Assembly (NCBI GenBank): GCA_964255285.1
Contig: CAXUUL010000024.1
Coordinates: 1-61,197 of the forward strand
Direction of reading: 5' to 3'
DNA: 61,197 nt
Origin: Ionaspis alba
Lineage: Eukaryota
A model generated the notes under the pieces. The model was given only the letters and a program-made list of their open reading frames with translations, did not search any database and had not been told where the DNA came from. Position 1 is the first letter of the stretch, and each line of letters starts with the position of its first letter. Position numbers and translations under genes: made by a program. Shown in pieces: positions 38,605 to 53,027 of the stretch.

Positions 38605-40610
38605 TCTCTCCGGGCTTTTGAGTTTGCTGTGGCTTGTGTAGAGACTTTATCACAAGACCCAAGTCCGTCAATCCGGAAAGCGGTCGACAACGGGAAGAGA
38701 ATCCACGATGCAAAGGAAGTTTACAAGTCTGAAGTATGAGCTCGTGTCCCCACCCAATTGACGATATCTGGACTAATGGAAGACAGGCAAATCTGGCCCC
38801 CCAGCAGACTCAGTATCAAAGGCCCACAGATATTGATTTGGCAGTCCAATCCAGGACGTGCAGTGTTTCCTGCTACCCTTTCGATTATCGTAGCGGCAAA
38901 TGCTTCAATTCGTGCCCCTCAAGTCTTGCAACAGACGCTGACAGAAAGCTTGAGGGGTTTGGGTAGCCGGTCCAGCTCCTTTTATTCGCGACCTATATTT
39001 GTAGGCTGTCAAACAGCAGCTTGCGTCTTCGGGGCGATACCGGTGAAATACAGGGATTTTAAGATCGAGGATTGTGGTCGACGTGCTCTTCATGAAGCTG
39101 CAAGGACACTGCGATGAGACTGTCCCTAAGTCAAGATTTCCATCGGTCAGCGAAGATTCCAGCTTGTGGGACAGTCATTGGGCAGTAGGAGTCAAACCCC
39201 TCGCTGGTCCAGGTCAAATGGTGCTTCACTACACGAACTACAGGCTGAAGGTGCTCGGTACGCAGTGGCCTCAGGTTGGCTCGCGAGACAATATGAAGAA
39301 ATGAATGGAAGCATCGCTTGCAGCCACTGAAACAGCTTGAAAGGTGGCTTACCTGGTCCGACTCAGAGGGCGTCCAGAATATTGGGACAGAACACAGCAC
39401 CAGTCAATCGAGGGCTTGGCTGCTCAGAAACACAGTCAAGCCTCTTCCTACGGATGAAGTCGTGGTGGTGGGTGTGTAAGACGCACAGGGGAAAGTGGCT
39501 TTGGGAGGCACAGGCCCCAGGAATGCAAAATGAGGATTCCCGAAGATATGGTGACGGCCAATCCTTGAAAGTTGTCTGTGTCCTCGGTAAGGTCGGGTTG
39601 TGAGGGGCGAGGCTGTACAGAGAACAGAGACGCCGGCGCCTAGTCAACAGTGCAGTTCATTGTTCAGTGTTACGGAAGCGCGATTGTTTGGACGCAGGGA
39701 TAGAGGCGACAAGGCGACGGGCGATTGCCACCGGGCCCGAAGGTGTCAGCCGCTCGAATCTTCGCGAGGAGAGGTGGTCAGCAGAGGAAAAAGAGGGTCT
39801 GTAGGAGGAAAGGCGTTGGAGGACGCAAAGTTGGCAATAATAATGAGGCCGCAACGAAGGCCAACTGGTTTGGACCGTCTGACTACCTAAGGGGATCTAG
39901 TTGGTGGGGGTTCTGTGGAAAAGCCGACGTAGATTTGACGGGCGGCGGATGGTTGGCCAAGGGAGGTCCCCCGGCAATCATGTCCTCTGCGCAAGGATAA
40001 AGCTTATGCAGGCACGCTGTTCTCTTCCTCTATTATGTCGTGCACACCCGAAAACGGCCTTGATCCGAACCTTTCGAGTGCTTGACTACTACCTACCGTC
40101 GAGCTTCTCCGGGCATAAGTGCTCCCGGAACCAGGCACCGCGATGGAGGTTGGAGCCGAAGGGCAAGCGAACGAGTAAGCAGGCAAGCAAGCCTAACACA
40201 CTTTGTCGGTGGTTGTGATCGAGTTCATGTGTTCGAAAACAAGGAACTTCCACTCCTTGAAGCTGCATCTTCTGGAAACGACGATCATGGCCTTTGTTAC
40301 CACCCAAATAGCCACCTGAAACGCAGCGGAGCACGTGCAGAACCAGGTGGGCGGTACGAATGCATGCAATAAATCCTTCTGCCTACTGCCGCATCCCAAA
40401 CTCCTTTTTCTAGATCACCCTCAACGCAAAAGATTATGCACAACGTCCACTCCGACCGCGACTCCAAATCCGTGCTGCATGTAAGTGGGGTCACCGCTTG
40501 CACTAGCCTCCCATCCTCCCAATTATCCGAAGACTTCGAAGGCACTACAGCTTGCCATCATCTGGCGCTGCCCAGACCACTTCCACACCCGGATCGACTC
40601 CCAATAAAGC

Positions 40611-41838
40611 ATGTCGCTCGCCTCGGAGCCGGGGAGAGTAGAGCCTGCGGACAAAGATCTACCAGAGGAATTGACTTTGCAAGTTGAAAGACATGTCGAA
40701 TACATCACAAGTCTCGACACGGTCAGTTCGTCCGTCGACCCTGCTTTGACTTCTGGCGCTTATTCACCGACAGCGACGAGACGAACTCGACTATTGGTTG
40801 ACAGAGCACCTCCGTCTGAATGGCATCTATTGGGGTCTCACGGCACTGCATCTGCTCGGTCGTCCCGAGGCACTCCCCCGCCAGGAGACAATCGATTTTG
40901 TCTTCTCCTGCCAGCATGACAATGGCGGCTTCGGTGCTGCTCCCGGTCACGACCCACATATGCTCTACACCGTGAGCGCTGTGCAGATACTCGCCACAGT
41001 CGACGCCTTGGACGAGCTTGATCTGCGGAGTCAGGGTGGAAAGCAAAAAGTGGGAGACTGTGAGTGTACTTGCAGGATACAGGGTACGGTCATTTTTGAC
41101 TTCCATTGTCAGATGTTGCAAACCTCCAGGATAGAACTACCGGGGCCTTTGCAGGCGATGACTGGGGAGAGACTGATACTCGATTCCTGTACGGAGCTTT
41201 CAATGCTCTATCCCTTCTTGGGTTGACCAAGCTGATCGACATGCGCAAAGCCGTTGCCTACATACGATCTTGTGCAAGCTTTGATGGAGGATATGGTGTT
41301 AGTCCAGGCGCAGAATCACATGCTGGTCAGATCTTCACCTGTGTTGGGGCCCTTGCCATTGCCGGTCGCCTAGATCTACTGGACCAGGACCGATTAGCTG
41401 CCTGGTTGAGCGAGAGGCAGCTCCAGAATGGCGGACTGAATGGCAGACCCGAGAAGCTGGAAGACGTATGCTATAGCTGGTGGGTGGTCAGTACCTTGGC
41501 GATGATTGATCGATTGCAATGGATTGATGGTGATAAGCTCACCAGATATATCTTGAGATGTCAGGTAAAAGCCAAGTTCCCCCAGTCAATCTCCCTTCTT
41601 ACCCACTATCTTTAGGATCCAAGCATGGGTGGCATTGCAGACCGGCCAGGTGACATGGTTGACATCTTCCATACTCTCTTCGGTATTGCTGGACTTAGCC
41701 TGCTGAAATACAAAGGGCTCGAAGAGGTGGATCCCGTCTAGTAAGTCTATACACTCGACTCCCTCGTCAGAACGATGTAGTGACCCCGAGCACAGTTGTA
41801 TGCCAGCCAAGGTCACAGCACAAGTTCTCCAGCAATAG
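40611..41838 (+). CDS. BET2: Rab geranylgeranyltransferase (type II) beta subunit, 5 exons
   Basis: [87 protein letters not shown]. Confidence 0.95.
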
Positions 41839-42494
41839 AAATTATCACTCAGCAAAGGCCCATTCTAAGGTGACTGATCTTGATTCGCAGCAGCTCTTGC
41901 CATCTAATAACCCAGCTCAGTCCTTTACTGTGGATCATGGGATACAAGGCTGGAGTAGATCACGCTCTCAGCCTGCAAACACACCTGACACCTGGCAGCC
42001 TGATCCACTTGGCTGGCAGTTTCGTCACTGGGCTACATTACCTACTCCTCATTCACTGTTTACCGTATCTCCATTCGACATGAGAAATATAAGCTAAAAG
42101 ATGTTATATGGCAATGCAAATATCTGAGGAGATGAGCAGTCGAAAACCCGAACTGCCCTACATGAAGTTCGCCCCACCGCTATTAACTATGCAAAAGGAT
42201 TAACGTGACTCCATGCCTGCCCGAACGTCCTGTCCCGCGGAGGTCTTTCCTCGACTACAGCTGACAGACTGTCCAACCCCTCTTGGCAAACTTAATCTTG
42301 TTTGCATCATCCTCGCACTTTCTTGATCAACTTCAATCGTCTCGCACTACCTCCCCTTTGTAATTACTGTCATGCCATCAGGGAAGAACGTACTTTGCTA
42401 CCGAGCTTAAGCAAGAAGCATTGCTGTCATTCTTATCAGTCCTTCCCTCTACCAGCACTTTCTCATTGAGGCTTCCTCTACCGTCACCTCCATC

Positions 42495-44486
42495 ATGACA
42501 TCGTTTCCTCTGCGTTGCAACATTTGTCCCAAGCATCCAACCTTCAGTGATGTCTCTCATTTGCTTACACATGTCGGCTCCAAGGGCCATTTGTCTCACT
42601 ATTTCAAGGTCCAAGTCCGCAGCCGCCAAGAGCCATCGGTTCGGGAACAGCTACATAAGTTCGACACATGGTATGATGAGAACCAGATAGAAAGGCTCTT
42701 ATCCCAACGTATGGTACTCAAAGAGTCCAAGACTACCAATACCCGTACCAGAGGCGGTGGAAACCTGAGATCCAAGAACACGACAAACGCGGCTCGTGGC
42801 AAGCAAGGCAAGCCAGTGGCACTTTCGAACAGAGTGAAACCTGAAAGCGTTCTCGATCCTCAGCTTTCGCAACCCCTTTTCTTTCCCAGCGAGATCACCG
42901 TTCGAGAGCCTCAGCTTTCGCCTCTAGATCCCGCGTTTAGAAACAGAGCTCCCATGACTAGGCTGAGGAGTCGGAGAGCGAGCAGATTGGACTCACAGAG
43001 CTTTCCAGACCATACAGCGCCTCAACGAGATCAGAAGTCAGATAGTCGAATAGACGATAGTAGCGAAAGCAGTCTCAGCTTGGATAACACTCCTCTCGAT
43101 ACCCCTCCCAGATCTACCTATCCGGAACCATCGCTTGACCTCCGTGCATCACCTGCCGCAGCGTACAGGTTACGCCCTTCTAAAGAAGAGAGAGAGGACG
43201 ACTTGAAGGATGCTATCGGAGAAACAGACGACGAAAATCAAGATAGCATGGATGAGAAGATCAGTGACGCTACCAGACTCAAGGGGATATACTGGCCAGG
43301 AATGGATCTCTTTGACTCTGCTAGTCCAACGGCAAAACGTAAGCGCAACCAGAAAAAGGACGGGTCTATCCTGGAACAGATGAGAACAAATTCCGCGATT
43401 GTGGAACCTACAGAGCTCATCTTCTGGGCTGGAGGCGATCTGAAGATGAAGAGGCAGATAACAGGTCAGGTCGAGAGCAGTCCCTTCAAAGAAGAAACAC
43501 CCAAATTCAGAAGACAGCGACCACAAGCTAAGAAAGGTCCTCTGGAGAGTATTAGCACTAACGTACCTCGACTCAAAAGAAAGGCTCAAGCTAGCAAGGC
43601 AGACCCATTCCAAAACAAGCCCAGAACCAGGAGTCAAGGACGACTCTCCGGTCTCGATTTTGGATTAGACGGTGCCTCCCAATCTATGGACCAAAACGAC
43701 ATTTCGCGTCAGCTTCCACCGTTTGGTAACGAGGACTTCGACTGGACTACCACAACTTCCAATCGCGATCGTCAGCGCAAGCGTGATTTTCGTGTGTTTC
43801 AAGACAGCGTAGCAGCAAAGCAGCCAGGGGCGTTGCCGGACCATCCAATCCCCGAGACTTCAAACATGAACTACCCACTCCTTCAGTCCACTTGTGACTT
43901 CACAAGAGACATGAGTATCCAAGCCCATGGTTTACCCTACCCAAATGCCATGCGAGAGGGAAACTCCACAGCTATCAGTTCGTCCTTTCAATTTGGGCGG
44001 GAACGTTCATCAGGGCAGAACCATAACTCTTGCAACGATTACAACAGCTTTTTTCGTACAACGGCCTTGGCGAACAAGGAGAATATAGAACCGATCCTCG
44101 GTCACGATGGAAGATTCAACCGCACCATGCCCCACATTGGTATGGAACGAAGACCCCAGCAGTATTTCTCCGTGCAAGGTGATGAAGCGCCACGCTTTCA
44201 TACCACGATGCCTACCAACATGGACTTTGCAGCTTTCCATACCTCTAACATGTTCCATCGGTCCTTGAACCCTCTAGCATTCAGTTTTCAGCAACAGCAG
44301 CGGCGGACTCCTTTATACCCCGAGCGGCACCGAGCCTCAAAGGAGCCGGAACTGCCGGCCGTAGGCTCACGTCACGAAGCCAGAGAAGTGAGAGATGAAA
44401 CTGTGTTTGAGGAAGATTCTGGAGACGAGACCATCGACGAGCTGGAGTTTCACGAAGACGATCTGTTCGACCAGGAGGCCAGATGA
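42495..44486 (+). CDS. Uncharacterised 663-aa protein with N-terminal C2H2-like zinc finger
   Basis: Single long ORF with CNICPKHPTFSDVSHLLTHVGSKGH and a central block LKGIYWPGMDLFDSA...RKRNQKKD. The rest looks disordered. Confidence 0.85.
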   Translation: MTSFPLRCNICPKHPTFSDVSHLLTHVGSKGHLSHYFKVQVRSRQEPSVREQLHKFDTWYDENQIERLLSQRMVLKESKTTNTRTRGGGNLRSKNTTNAARGKQGKPVALSNRVKPESVLDPQLSQPLFFPSEITVREPQLSPLDPAFRNRAPMTRLRSRRASRLDSQSFPDHTAPQRDQKSDSRIDDSSESSLSLDNTPLDTPPRSTYPEPSLDLRASPAAAYRLRPSKEEREDDLKDAIGETDDENQDSMDEKISDATRLKGIYWPGMDLFDSASPTAKRKRNQKKDGSILEQMRTNSAIVEPTELIFWAGGDLKMKRQITGQVESSPFKEETPKFRRQRPQAKKGPLESISTNVPRLKRKAQASKADPFQNKPRTRSQGRLSGLDFGLDGASQSMDQNDISRQLPPFGNEDFDWTTTTSNRDRQRKRDFRVFQDSVAAKQPGALPDHPIPETSNMNYPLLQSTCDFTRDMSIQAHGLPYPNAMREGNSTAISSSFQFGRERSSGQNHNSCNDYNSFFRTTALANKENIEPILGHDGRFNRTMPHIGMERRPQQYFSVQGDEAPRFHTTMPTNMDFAAFHTSNMFHRSLNPLAFSFQQQQRRTPLYPERHRASKEPELPAVGSRHEAREVRDETVFEEDSGDETIDELEFHEDDLFDQEAR

Positions 44487-45308
44487 GGGTTCACAACTTC
44501 TCCTGCTTCACCACCCCTCTACCAGCTTCGGTCTTTAAGGGCATTCTTGTTCTCCCAGAATTGGCTGCGAGGCTTCCCAATTATCCGGAATTATCTACTG
44601 CTTCATTCTAGGTTCCGACTCCTTCTTGATGCGGAGGCCACACAACTCATGTGTGATCATTGTTGCTGCGGACGACGATGGAATTATGCTAGAAATGTCT
44701 ACAGGACAGTGGATTGTATCTTAAAGACAAAGGATTGTTGTGGGCAGGTAGGGGATCACCGTGTTGCATACTTCCTATTCTAGCGTAGGGGATGTCCCTT
44801 GTTTCAATTTGCTGCATTCTTGGAGGTCATTTCAAATGGTGACGAACGTGAAGTGAAAGCTTATTAGGCTTTTGCATGATAGTGCGAAGAGAGGTCGATA
44901 CACAAGGCTTGAGGCCGACTGTTGCTTGAGTAAGAAGATATTGCTTAACTTCAAAGGCTGATGCAAAAGCTAGTGGATTGACTTTGTAGCTCTTGCCACG
45001 AGTACTTTCCTACGTAGATTTAGCTTATTAATAGTTACACGATGAAAAAGCGAAAGTCCTCGGTTTGCAAGTGCACGATATGCTGATTGCATATAGCTAG
45101 TCCAAGTAGCATTCCAAGTAGTATGGTCATTCTCGGGTTTGGGTAGCCTCCAGGGTTTTGCGTTCCACCGTTGGATCACCCTTTTTATGGCGCGCTACGC
45201 GTTCGCCTCAAGAACAACTCAATTGCATCAATTCTACCTCGACTCACAATGTCATGAACTAGATCTGATACTGAGATCCATCTGGATCTTGGAATACTGA
45301 GTATCATT

Positions 45309-48300
45309 ATGCCGTCGATTCCGAGGCTGACCCAGCATGCCTTCACAGGTAAGAAGCAGCAGTCTATCTCTAGCTTCTTCACCAAAAACTCTCTGCCTAC
45401 CAGGACGTCGCCCACTATGGTACATCAAGCCTCGCCAAGCGGTCACGTATATGGGAACAATGTGGAAGCCAACGGTGAAGAGACCTTATTCATCGAGTCG
45501 GATGATGACTCTCCTGTTTCGAGAAGGCCGCTAAGGACGCAGAAGAGAGTGCTGGATGAAGACGGTGATCTTGACGGACTGGTGAAGGACAGTGACAGCG
45601 CCAATTTGCCAAATCGAAAGCGCGTTCGGACATCAGAAACATCAGAATCACACGAAGAGACTACAACTCAAATGACAATCGCTGACAATTTGCGAGCAAA
45701 TTCACCACAGCATGAGCAGAATGAGACTCTTCATCTAATCACAGCCGATGGCACGAGAAAGCCAAAGCTTTCTGACCGTACTGCTAAATACCTCTTTTCC
45801 AGCTTGCCTACGGCAGACGAAGACAACGTGAGTGACGATGAGGAAGGCAAGAGGCGGAAAGAACGCCTCCACCAGAAATTCGTCAAAAAACTCGGTCGAC
45901 CAGACAGCATAGCCGAGATCAAGCGGAGGAATTGGCATATCACGGAAGAGACTGCTGAGAATCAACTCGGAGCCGAAGATGAGGAGGAGGAAGTGGAAGA
46001 GGCAGAGTCACCTTCCAGATTTTCGAAGAAGAAAGGAGCAGCAGGCAAGAACGGCGCAGCGAAATTGACGCCTATGGAGAAGCAGATCCTTGAGATCAAG
46101 AGGAAACATCTGGATACCATACTGGCCATAGAAGTTGGTTACAAGTTTAGGTTTTTTGGAGAGGATGCCAGAACGGCAGCAAGAGAATTGAGCATTGTCT
46201 GTATTCCGGGTAAATTTAGATACGACGAGCACCCTTCGGAAGCTCATTTGGATCGCTTTGCATCTGCCAGTATTCCTGTTCCTCGACTTCACGTCCACGT
46301 CAGGCGCCTCGTTGCAGCTGGTCACAAGGTTGGAATTGTCCGACAGCTTGAGACTGCTGCTCTCAAAGCGGTTGGAGATAATCGCAATTCGCCCTTCGTA
46401 AGACGGCTTACGAATCTCTACACAAAGGGCACGTACATTGACGATGTTGACGGGCTGGAAGAAGCTGTCCAGGGTGCCGACCCGGGCGCATCTAAAACTG
46501 GCTATCTCCTTTGCATCACAGAGACCAAAGCGATAGGATCTGTCACGGATGAGAGAGTTCATGTCGGTATCGTTGCTGTACAACCTGCGACTGGAGATGT
46601 GATTTACGATCACTTCGAAGATGGCTTCATGCGGAGCGAAATCGAGACTCGACTCTTGCATATCGCTCCCTGTGAGTTTCTCATTGTTGGCGAACTCTCA
46701 AAGACAACGGATAAGCTCGTTCAGCATTTGTCTAGCAGTAGTACTCATGTCTTTGGGGATAAAGTACGTGTGGACAGGACGGAGAGACCGAAGACAATCG
46801 CAGCCCAAGCACAAAGTCATGTCTCCAACTTTTATGCCAGGAGAATGAAAGTCTCAAGTCAGGAGGAGGACGTGAGAGCTAGTGCTTTACTACAGAAGGT
46901 TCTTCAGTTGGAGGAAGACGTCACTATATGTCTATCGGCTATGATTACCCACATGTCTGACTATGGTCTCGAGCATGTCTTTGACCTCACCAAGTACTTC
47001 CAATCGTTTAGTGCGAGATCTCATATGCTCCTTAACGGCACTACTCTGACGAGCCTGGAAATATACCAGAACCAGACTGATCATTCCGAAAAAGGTAGTC
47101 TGTTCTGGACACTGGACAGAACGCAAACAAAGTTTGGCCAACGTTTATTGCGAAAGTGGGTGGGCAGACCATTATTAGATACCACCAAACTGAATGAGAG
47201 GATTGCTGCTGTCGAAGAATTGAAGGATGGGGAGGGGACCGTCGGCGTCGATAAGATCAAACAGCTCCTTTCAAAGACCAAGAGTGATTTGGAGAAGAGC
47301 TTGATACGTATCTATTACGGGAAATGTACTCGTCCTGAGCTGCTGACGGTCCTGCACACCATGCAACGCATAGCAACCGAGTTCGCGACTGTACAATCCC
47401 CAGCAGACGCTGGTTTTAGGTCAGCGATTGTCAATGAATCTATTGCAGCACTTCCGACTGTTGCCGAAGACGTAGTTGGCTACCTTGAAAAGATCAATCC
47501 TCAGGCCGCTAAAGACGACGACAAGTACACATTCTTTCGCGAAAATGAAGAAACTCTGGATATACAACAGCACAAACTTGAGCTTGTCAGAATAGAAGAA
47601 GAGTTTGACTCTCATCGTGCCGTTGCAGCGAGAAAGATCCGACAGCATAATGTTGTGTATGTCACCGTCGCTAAGGTTGAGTATCAAATTGAAGTCAGCA
47701 ATTCTGATCTTAAGAACGTGCCTGCATCATGGGTGAAGATTAGTGGCACTAAGAAAGTCTCGCGCTTCCATACGCCGGAAGTCGTGCGCCTCATCAGAGA
47801 GCGTGACCAGCACAAGGAGGCATTGGCTGCGGCGTGCGATGCTGCGTTCTCCGCTCTGCTTGCAGACATCTCGTCCAAGTACCAAATGTTTCGTGATTGT
47901 GTCCAAGCTATGGCCACACTTGATTGTTTGCTCTCGCTAGCAACTGTTGCGATGCAACCTGGCTATGTCAAGCCACAGTACACAGACGAGGTTTGTATTT
48001 CCGTCGAGCAAGGAAGACATCCTATGGTTGAACAGCTGCTCCTTGACACTTACGTGCCCAATGACATTGACTTGGCGTCTGATCGAACTCGGGCTCTTCT
48101 CATTACGGGACCCAATATGGGTGGCAAATCTAGCTATGTCCGGCAGGTTGCCCTCATTGCTATAATGGGTCAAATTGGGTCTTATGTACCAGCCGAGTCG
48201 GCTAAACTGGGTATGTTTGATGCTGTCTTCACCCGCATGGGTGCCTTGGACAACATGATGGCTGGAGAGTCAACCTTCATGGTCGAGCTATCCGAGACCT

Positions 48301-48883
48301 CGGATATATTAAAGCAGGCCACACCGAGGTCGTTGATTATTCTCGATGAGCTTGGACGAGGCACATCGACTCATGACGGTGTTGCAATAGCGCAAGCTGT
48401 GTTGGATCATGTCATCAGAGAGATCAAAAGCATGACACTTTTCATAACTCACTACCAGAATTTGAGTGCTATGGCTAGGGGTTTCGATGACCAAGAGTTG
48501 CGTAATGTTCATATGACGTTCACCGAAGCAGGGCAGGATGGTCAGGACATCACCTTTCTGTATGAGCTTGGCGAAGGGGTTGCACATCGTTCCTACGGGT
48601 AGGTCTTCGATCCAGAAGGAAACCAGGTGCTAATTGATTTATACAGCCTCAATGTTGCTCGATTGGCAAATGTACCTGGAAGAATACTCCAGGCAGCTGC
48701 TGTCAAGTCCGAGGAGCTAGAGGATATAACAGCTCAGAGGAAGCTGGCCAGCCTGTAGTCCACCGACTGTCTGTGCTAATGGGTTCGGCTAACGTCAGCA
48801 GGTCTCAGAAACTTCGGCGTGTGCTTGACACGTCAAGTTTGCGACAGCTGGATCAGATCGTCTCTGATATCGAGCAGCTATGA
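45309..48883 (+). CDS. MSH3: DNA mismatch repair protein MSH3 (MutS beta)
   Basis: PIP-like [29 protein letters not shown] (Lys in place of the MSH6 Phe), Walker [34 protein letters not shown]. Two short 3' introns, stop at 48881-48883. Confidence 0.96.
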
Positions 48884-50147
48884 TCAACCGGTACGACCGC
48901 AAGCCCGACTTTCAGATCCAGTCATTCTGCTTGCATTGTCGCTGTACGTCCCTGTTGATCCCTGTCTATACCTTATCTTCTCATGATGAACAAACTTGTC
49001 AGAAAATCAAAATCACTGAGTGTTCGCACAATGAATTTTCTTATAATTAGACTCTGATATTACAGCTATGCCCTCATCTGTCCTGGAGTTTATTGGCACT
49101 CAGCGATTGCTGACCATCAACGTGTGACTTTAGCATTGGTCCTAGATCCAACGCCCTAACAAGTATTTGGTCTCCCTTGGATGCCTCAAACCTAGGTCAG
49201 TGGCCATGAATCCTCGCATTTTTACCTACCCGTTGTGATGAACCAAATTTCCTATGTTTTAATCTTCGACACTGTCGCTTCTAGCACGGTGTATGAGATC
49301 TATAGTCAGTCATTCTTCTGAAACTATGTATTGTCTACTTTGCGGTCCCTTGCTGTTTGAATGGCTAGGCCAGCTGACATTAGGAAGTGGCAAGTAGATT
49401 GAACGAAGAATCTATGTTGCTAAATCGGAAGAGCTTTGACTCCGCTGATAGAGCTGAAATAAGATTTCTACGATAGTCCTCCCGCTTGACTGGTACGGGC
49501 GACTATGGACCGACCCGAGCTACAACAGAGATAGATGCAGTTCATAGATGTTATGTCAATTACGAAAGTATCCTTGTCATCGACGTAGTAGTCATCCCGT
49601 CATGAAAGATACCCGTGCTTCTGAAGCAACAATGTGGTCAGCTGGATGAGAATGTTGGTAGCAACGCCAAGATACGACAGCTTAGCGAGACCTGCGGAGT
49701 CTTAGTTGATGTAGGAGGCCAAAAAGAAACGCATCCGACAGCAAGTTCGAACTGCCGACGAAGTGGTAGCTTCTTTAAGATTGATGAAACGCAAGCAAAT
49801 GACCAAAAAACGACCAAAATACTAAATAGCATCTCTTTGTAATGGATGTTATCCTTAGTTGCAGAGGCCATGCTACTCTTCTCTGTATCGTTTCCGTTGA
49901 CCAAATGCCCATTACATATAATATTTGCATTATGAGATATCATAGATATATTTTTATTGTGACCGCTTATTCATGACTCCGGCTGTGCTTGCAACTCCAA
50001 ATTAACCACGCTGCGACTTATCACAAGCTAGCAATTAGACCGCTGGATTGGATAGTACCACTTTTTTCCTTGTTGTCGTCGCACGAAAGCTATGATACGG
50101 ACACGTTCGCCAGATCCTTATTACTATCCACAACAAGATTGAGTCCA

Positions 50148-53027
50148 ATGTCTTCATTCCAAAGAGCTACAATGGCGGACGGTTTCCCACGAAAAGACGT
50201 CCTGGGCCCACTACGAGAAGCACAAATAGTGGCCGCTAAACCTATGTTACCTGCAGGTTTGTCTGTCATATAAGTTTCAGTTTCTCTTCGCATCTAATCA
50301 ACTTTAGAGATCATTTCCGTAATCCTACGCTACCTTGCAGTGCAGGACCTCCTTCGTTTTGCTCGTGTGTCAAAGCGCATGCGGGAGATGGTGTACGATG
50401 ATACAAGATGGGTGCAAAGACTACAGCTGATTGGATGCTGGAATGAGGCTGCGGCGAGAGCTAGAGGAGAAGAGTCTAGAAGGAAGAAGATCGAGGTATT
50501 GCATGCGCAACATGAGCAAGCATTGAAGAAGACTGGAATAGGAGTAGCGACAACGAACGGGACTCATGCAGATCCAGAGAGTACCGGGAAAACGGACTTT
50601 ACTAGTAGCGGGGTTCTGGTGAATGAAGTGCCCTATTCCAGCATTAAGGGGCCGATTACGGCCAGCACGCTCAATGATGGCTTTGATTTCATTACGCTTA
50701 CGCCTACCGCTCCGGAAGTGGCATCAAGTTACCAACCTCTCGAAAATTCCGCCGTTCTTGAGGTGGTGTCGAGAGCCCGATCAATACGTGGGAATGCACG
50801 GCAGGAATACGGGAAGATTCATGGAGCGCTCAATCCGTTTTACAGAGATGCGTTGCGATCCAAGCATCCTTCCAGCGCAAGGATATTCCGTACATACCGG
50901 GATCCAGTTCAGCAGGCTCAGATGCTCGCACAGATCGTTCAGTTTTCAAGGAGTGATCTAGCGCAAGGATGGCAGCGAAGAGACAACAAGCTCGCCCATA
51001 TGGTCAAGGCATTCGAAGACGCTGTAGCTCATGAGTTCGAGTATGGCCTTAAAGTGCGGGACATCGATGGCAGGATGAAGAAGTACGCAAATGTGCTTGT
51101 GACTCTCAACGGAGGACAAAGGGCCGTCGACAGGTTTATTGCGGAGAATGTGCTATTCACGGAAAGCGCTAAGTTTGGCGATCCTATGGACTGTATCAGC
51201 ATCAACAACCCTGATCATTTCTTTCCTGAGGAATGCAACTGCTTTTTCAGTCATTTATCCACAGCCTGCAATATTCAAGTCGAGATCATTGATCGAGTGT
51301 TCCCCGCCTCGATTGACGTTGTCATTCCCTTGCTCCAGAAGGTCTGCAACATTGTTATTGCACCATACCTCCAAACGCTGTTGCAGGAAACGTACAAGAA
51401 AAGTATGGAGTCATATCTGCGGGCAATGTCAGAAACATATCAGCAAAGTCTTCGGTTTGCCAAGTCTCTGGAGTCGACGCGGGATTCTGGAGACCATCTA
51501 TTTCAGGCTTTGCACCTCATGATATGCAATGTTTTTGCACCGAACATAGAGAGATATCTGTCGGAGGAGTTCGCTTTCTTCAAACGGAAGTCGGAGATCG
51601 AAGTCAATACCTGGGAGAGACAGCTCTCCCAACAAGATGCTTCATTGGAGTCGATGTATATGCTGAATGTCAATCGTCAAGCAGACAAGAGGGACTTCCT
51701 TTCTTCGTTCAGAAAGGTTGTCATGATGCCTGTGAATGTCTTACCGAAATTTGGTAGCAAACCTACAGCTGCCAAAGCACTAGTGAACGGCGACAGGCGT
51801 GATATTTCGCCCACCCCGTCTCAAGCTCCCACGCGGTCTGGGACCCCTCTACCTTCCAACGGGTCGGGGTTCCTGGTGCCGCGTACGTCCACGCCAGTAC
51901 CAGAGCCACCGACTACTGAACTGGCAGCCAAAGCAGCCATCATGAAATCTAGGCTTGAAGGCATCCGTTCCCTTTTCAGTCTCGAGGTAGCGCTAAACCT
52001 CGTACACATGGCCAAGGCGAGCATTGAACGAGCGGCCGTATTCGCCTCTTTAAATGGGAAATTTGAAATGGGAGCTCGCAGTCAATGTGAATCGATCTTC
52101 ATTTTGCTTCTCAAGACATTAGGAACCCGTCATGTAAGAGCTGGCTTTGATCAGGCGGTGGACCATCTGTCGAGGTACAATCCCCGGGCAGCGAGTGATC
52201 AGAGCCAGCCTGGTGTTGCCCCACTTGTGATGTTTTTGGAATTAGTCAATGTGGGGGACCTGATTCAACAGATGCTTGATGTCTTTTACGAGCAGGAATT
52301 GGTGGCCACTAGGCTGACAGACCGGAATGACTTCCTCAATCCGACAGTCAAGGAAAAGAAGCGCTTTGAACAAATGCTGGATGAGCGCGTTGCTGCAGGC
52401 CTCAATAAAGGCATTGAAGTCTTGATGGCGGAAGTCGAAGTCATCTGTGCAACTACGCAAAACGTTGAGGACTACAACCCTGGGGCCGCAGGAATGGTGA
52501 TCAACGAGATCGTCGATGTGCGGCCGAGCAACACCGCAGTGTGGGTGGTCGAAGTCGTGTATGCGCATACTAAGATGCTGGTCGGGAGTACTGATAAGAA
52601 CATGCTTGATGTCTTCAACCAGGAGGTCGGCCTTCGATTGTTCACGGCTCTTTGCAAGCACTTGAAGAGGCAGCGAATCAGTGTTGCTGGTTCTATCAGA
52701 CTTATAAGGTAACTTTCTGCCGTCAGCTTTGCAGCGCTCGAGCCTGACGATCTCAGTGACATCAATCACTACTTTGCCTTTATCCAAACCTTCAAAAACA
52801 GCGATCTACTGCAGTATTTTAAGGCTCTTCGTGAGCTATCCCAGATATATCTCATCTCCACTTCCGATGCCAAGGAATTGGCAACGATCATTGCCGATAC
52901 GGATCGCTTCCTCGGAATCTTTCGCGCCGAAGAGGTATACGAATTTGCGGAGAGGAGAGCAGACTGGTATCAGGTCAAGTCTCGGGTTGAGAAGGCCATG
53001 TATGGCATCGGATGCTGCGTTATGTAA
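50148..53027 (+). CDS. RCY1: Recyclin-1 (F-box plus Sec10-like domain, C-terminal CaaX), 3 exons
   Basis: F-box LPAEIISVILRYLAVQDLLRFARVSKRM, helical Sec10-like body (KKRFEQMLDERVAAGLNKGI), C-terminus RADWYQVK..VEKAMYGIGCCVM*. Confidence 0.93.

Noticed and set aside
49000..50000. AT-richer intergenic region between MSH3 and RCY1 as a transposon relic
   Set aside because: No terminal repeats or transposase/RT motifs recognisable.
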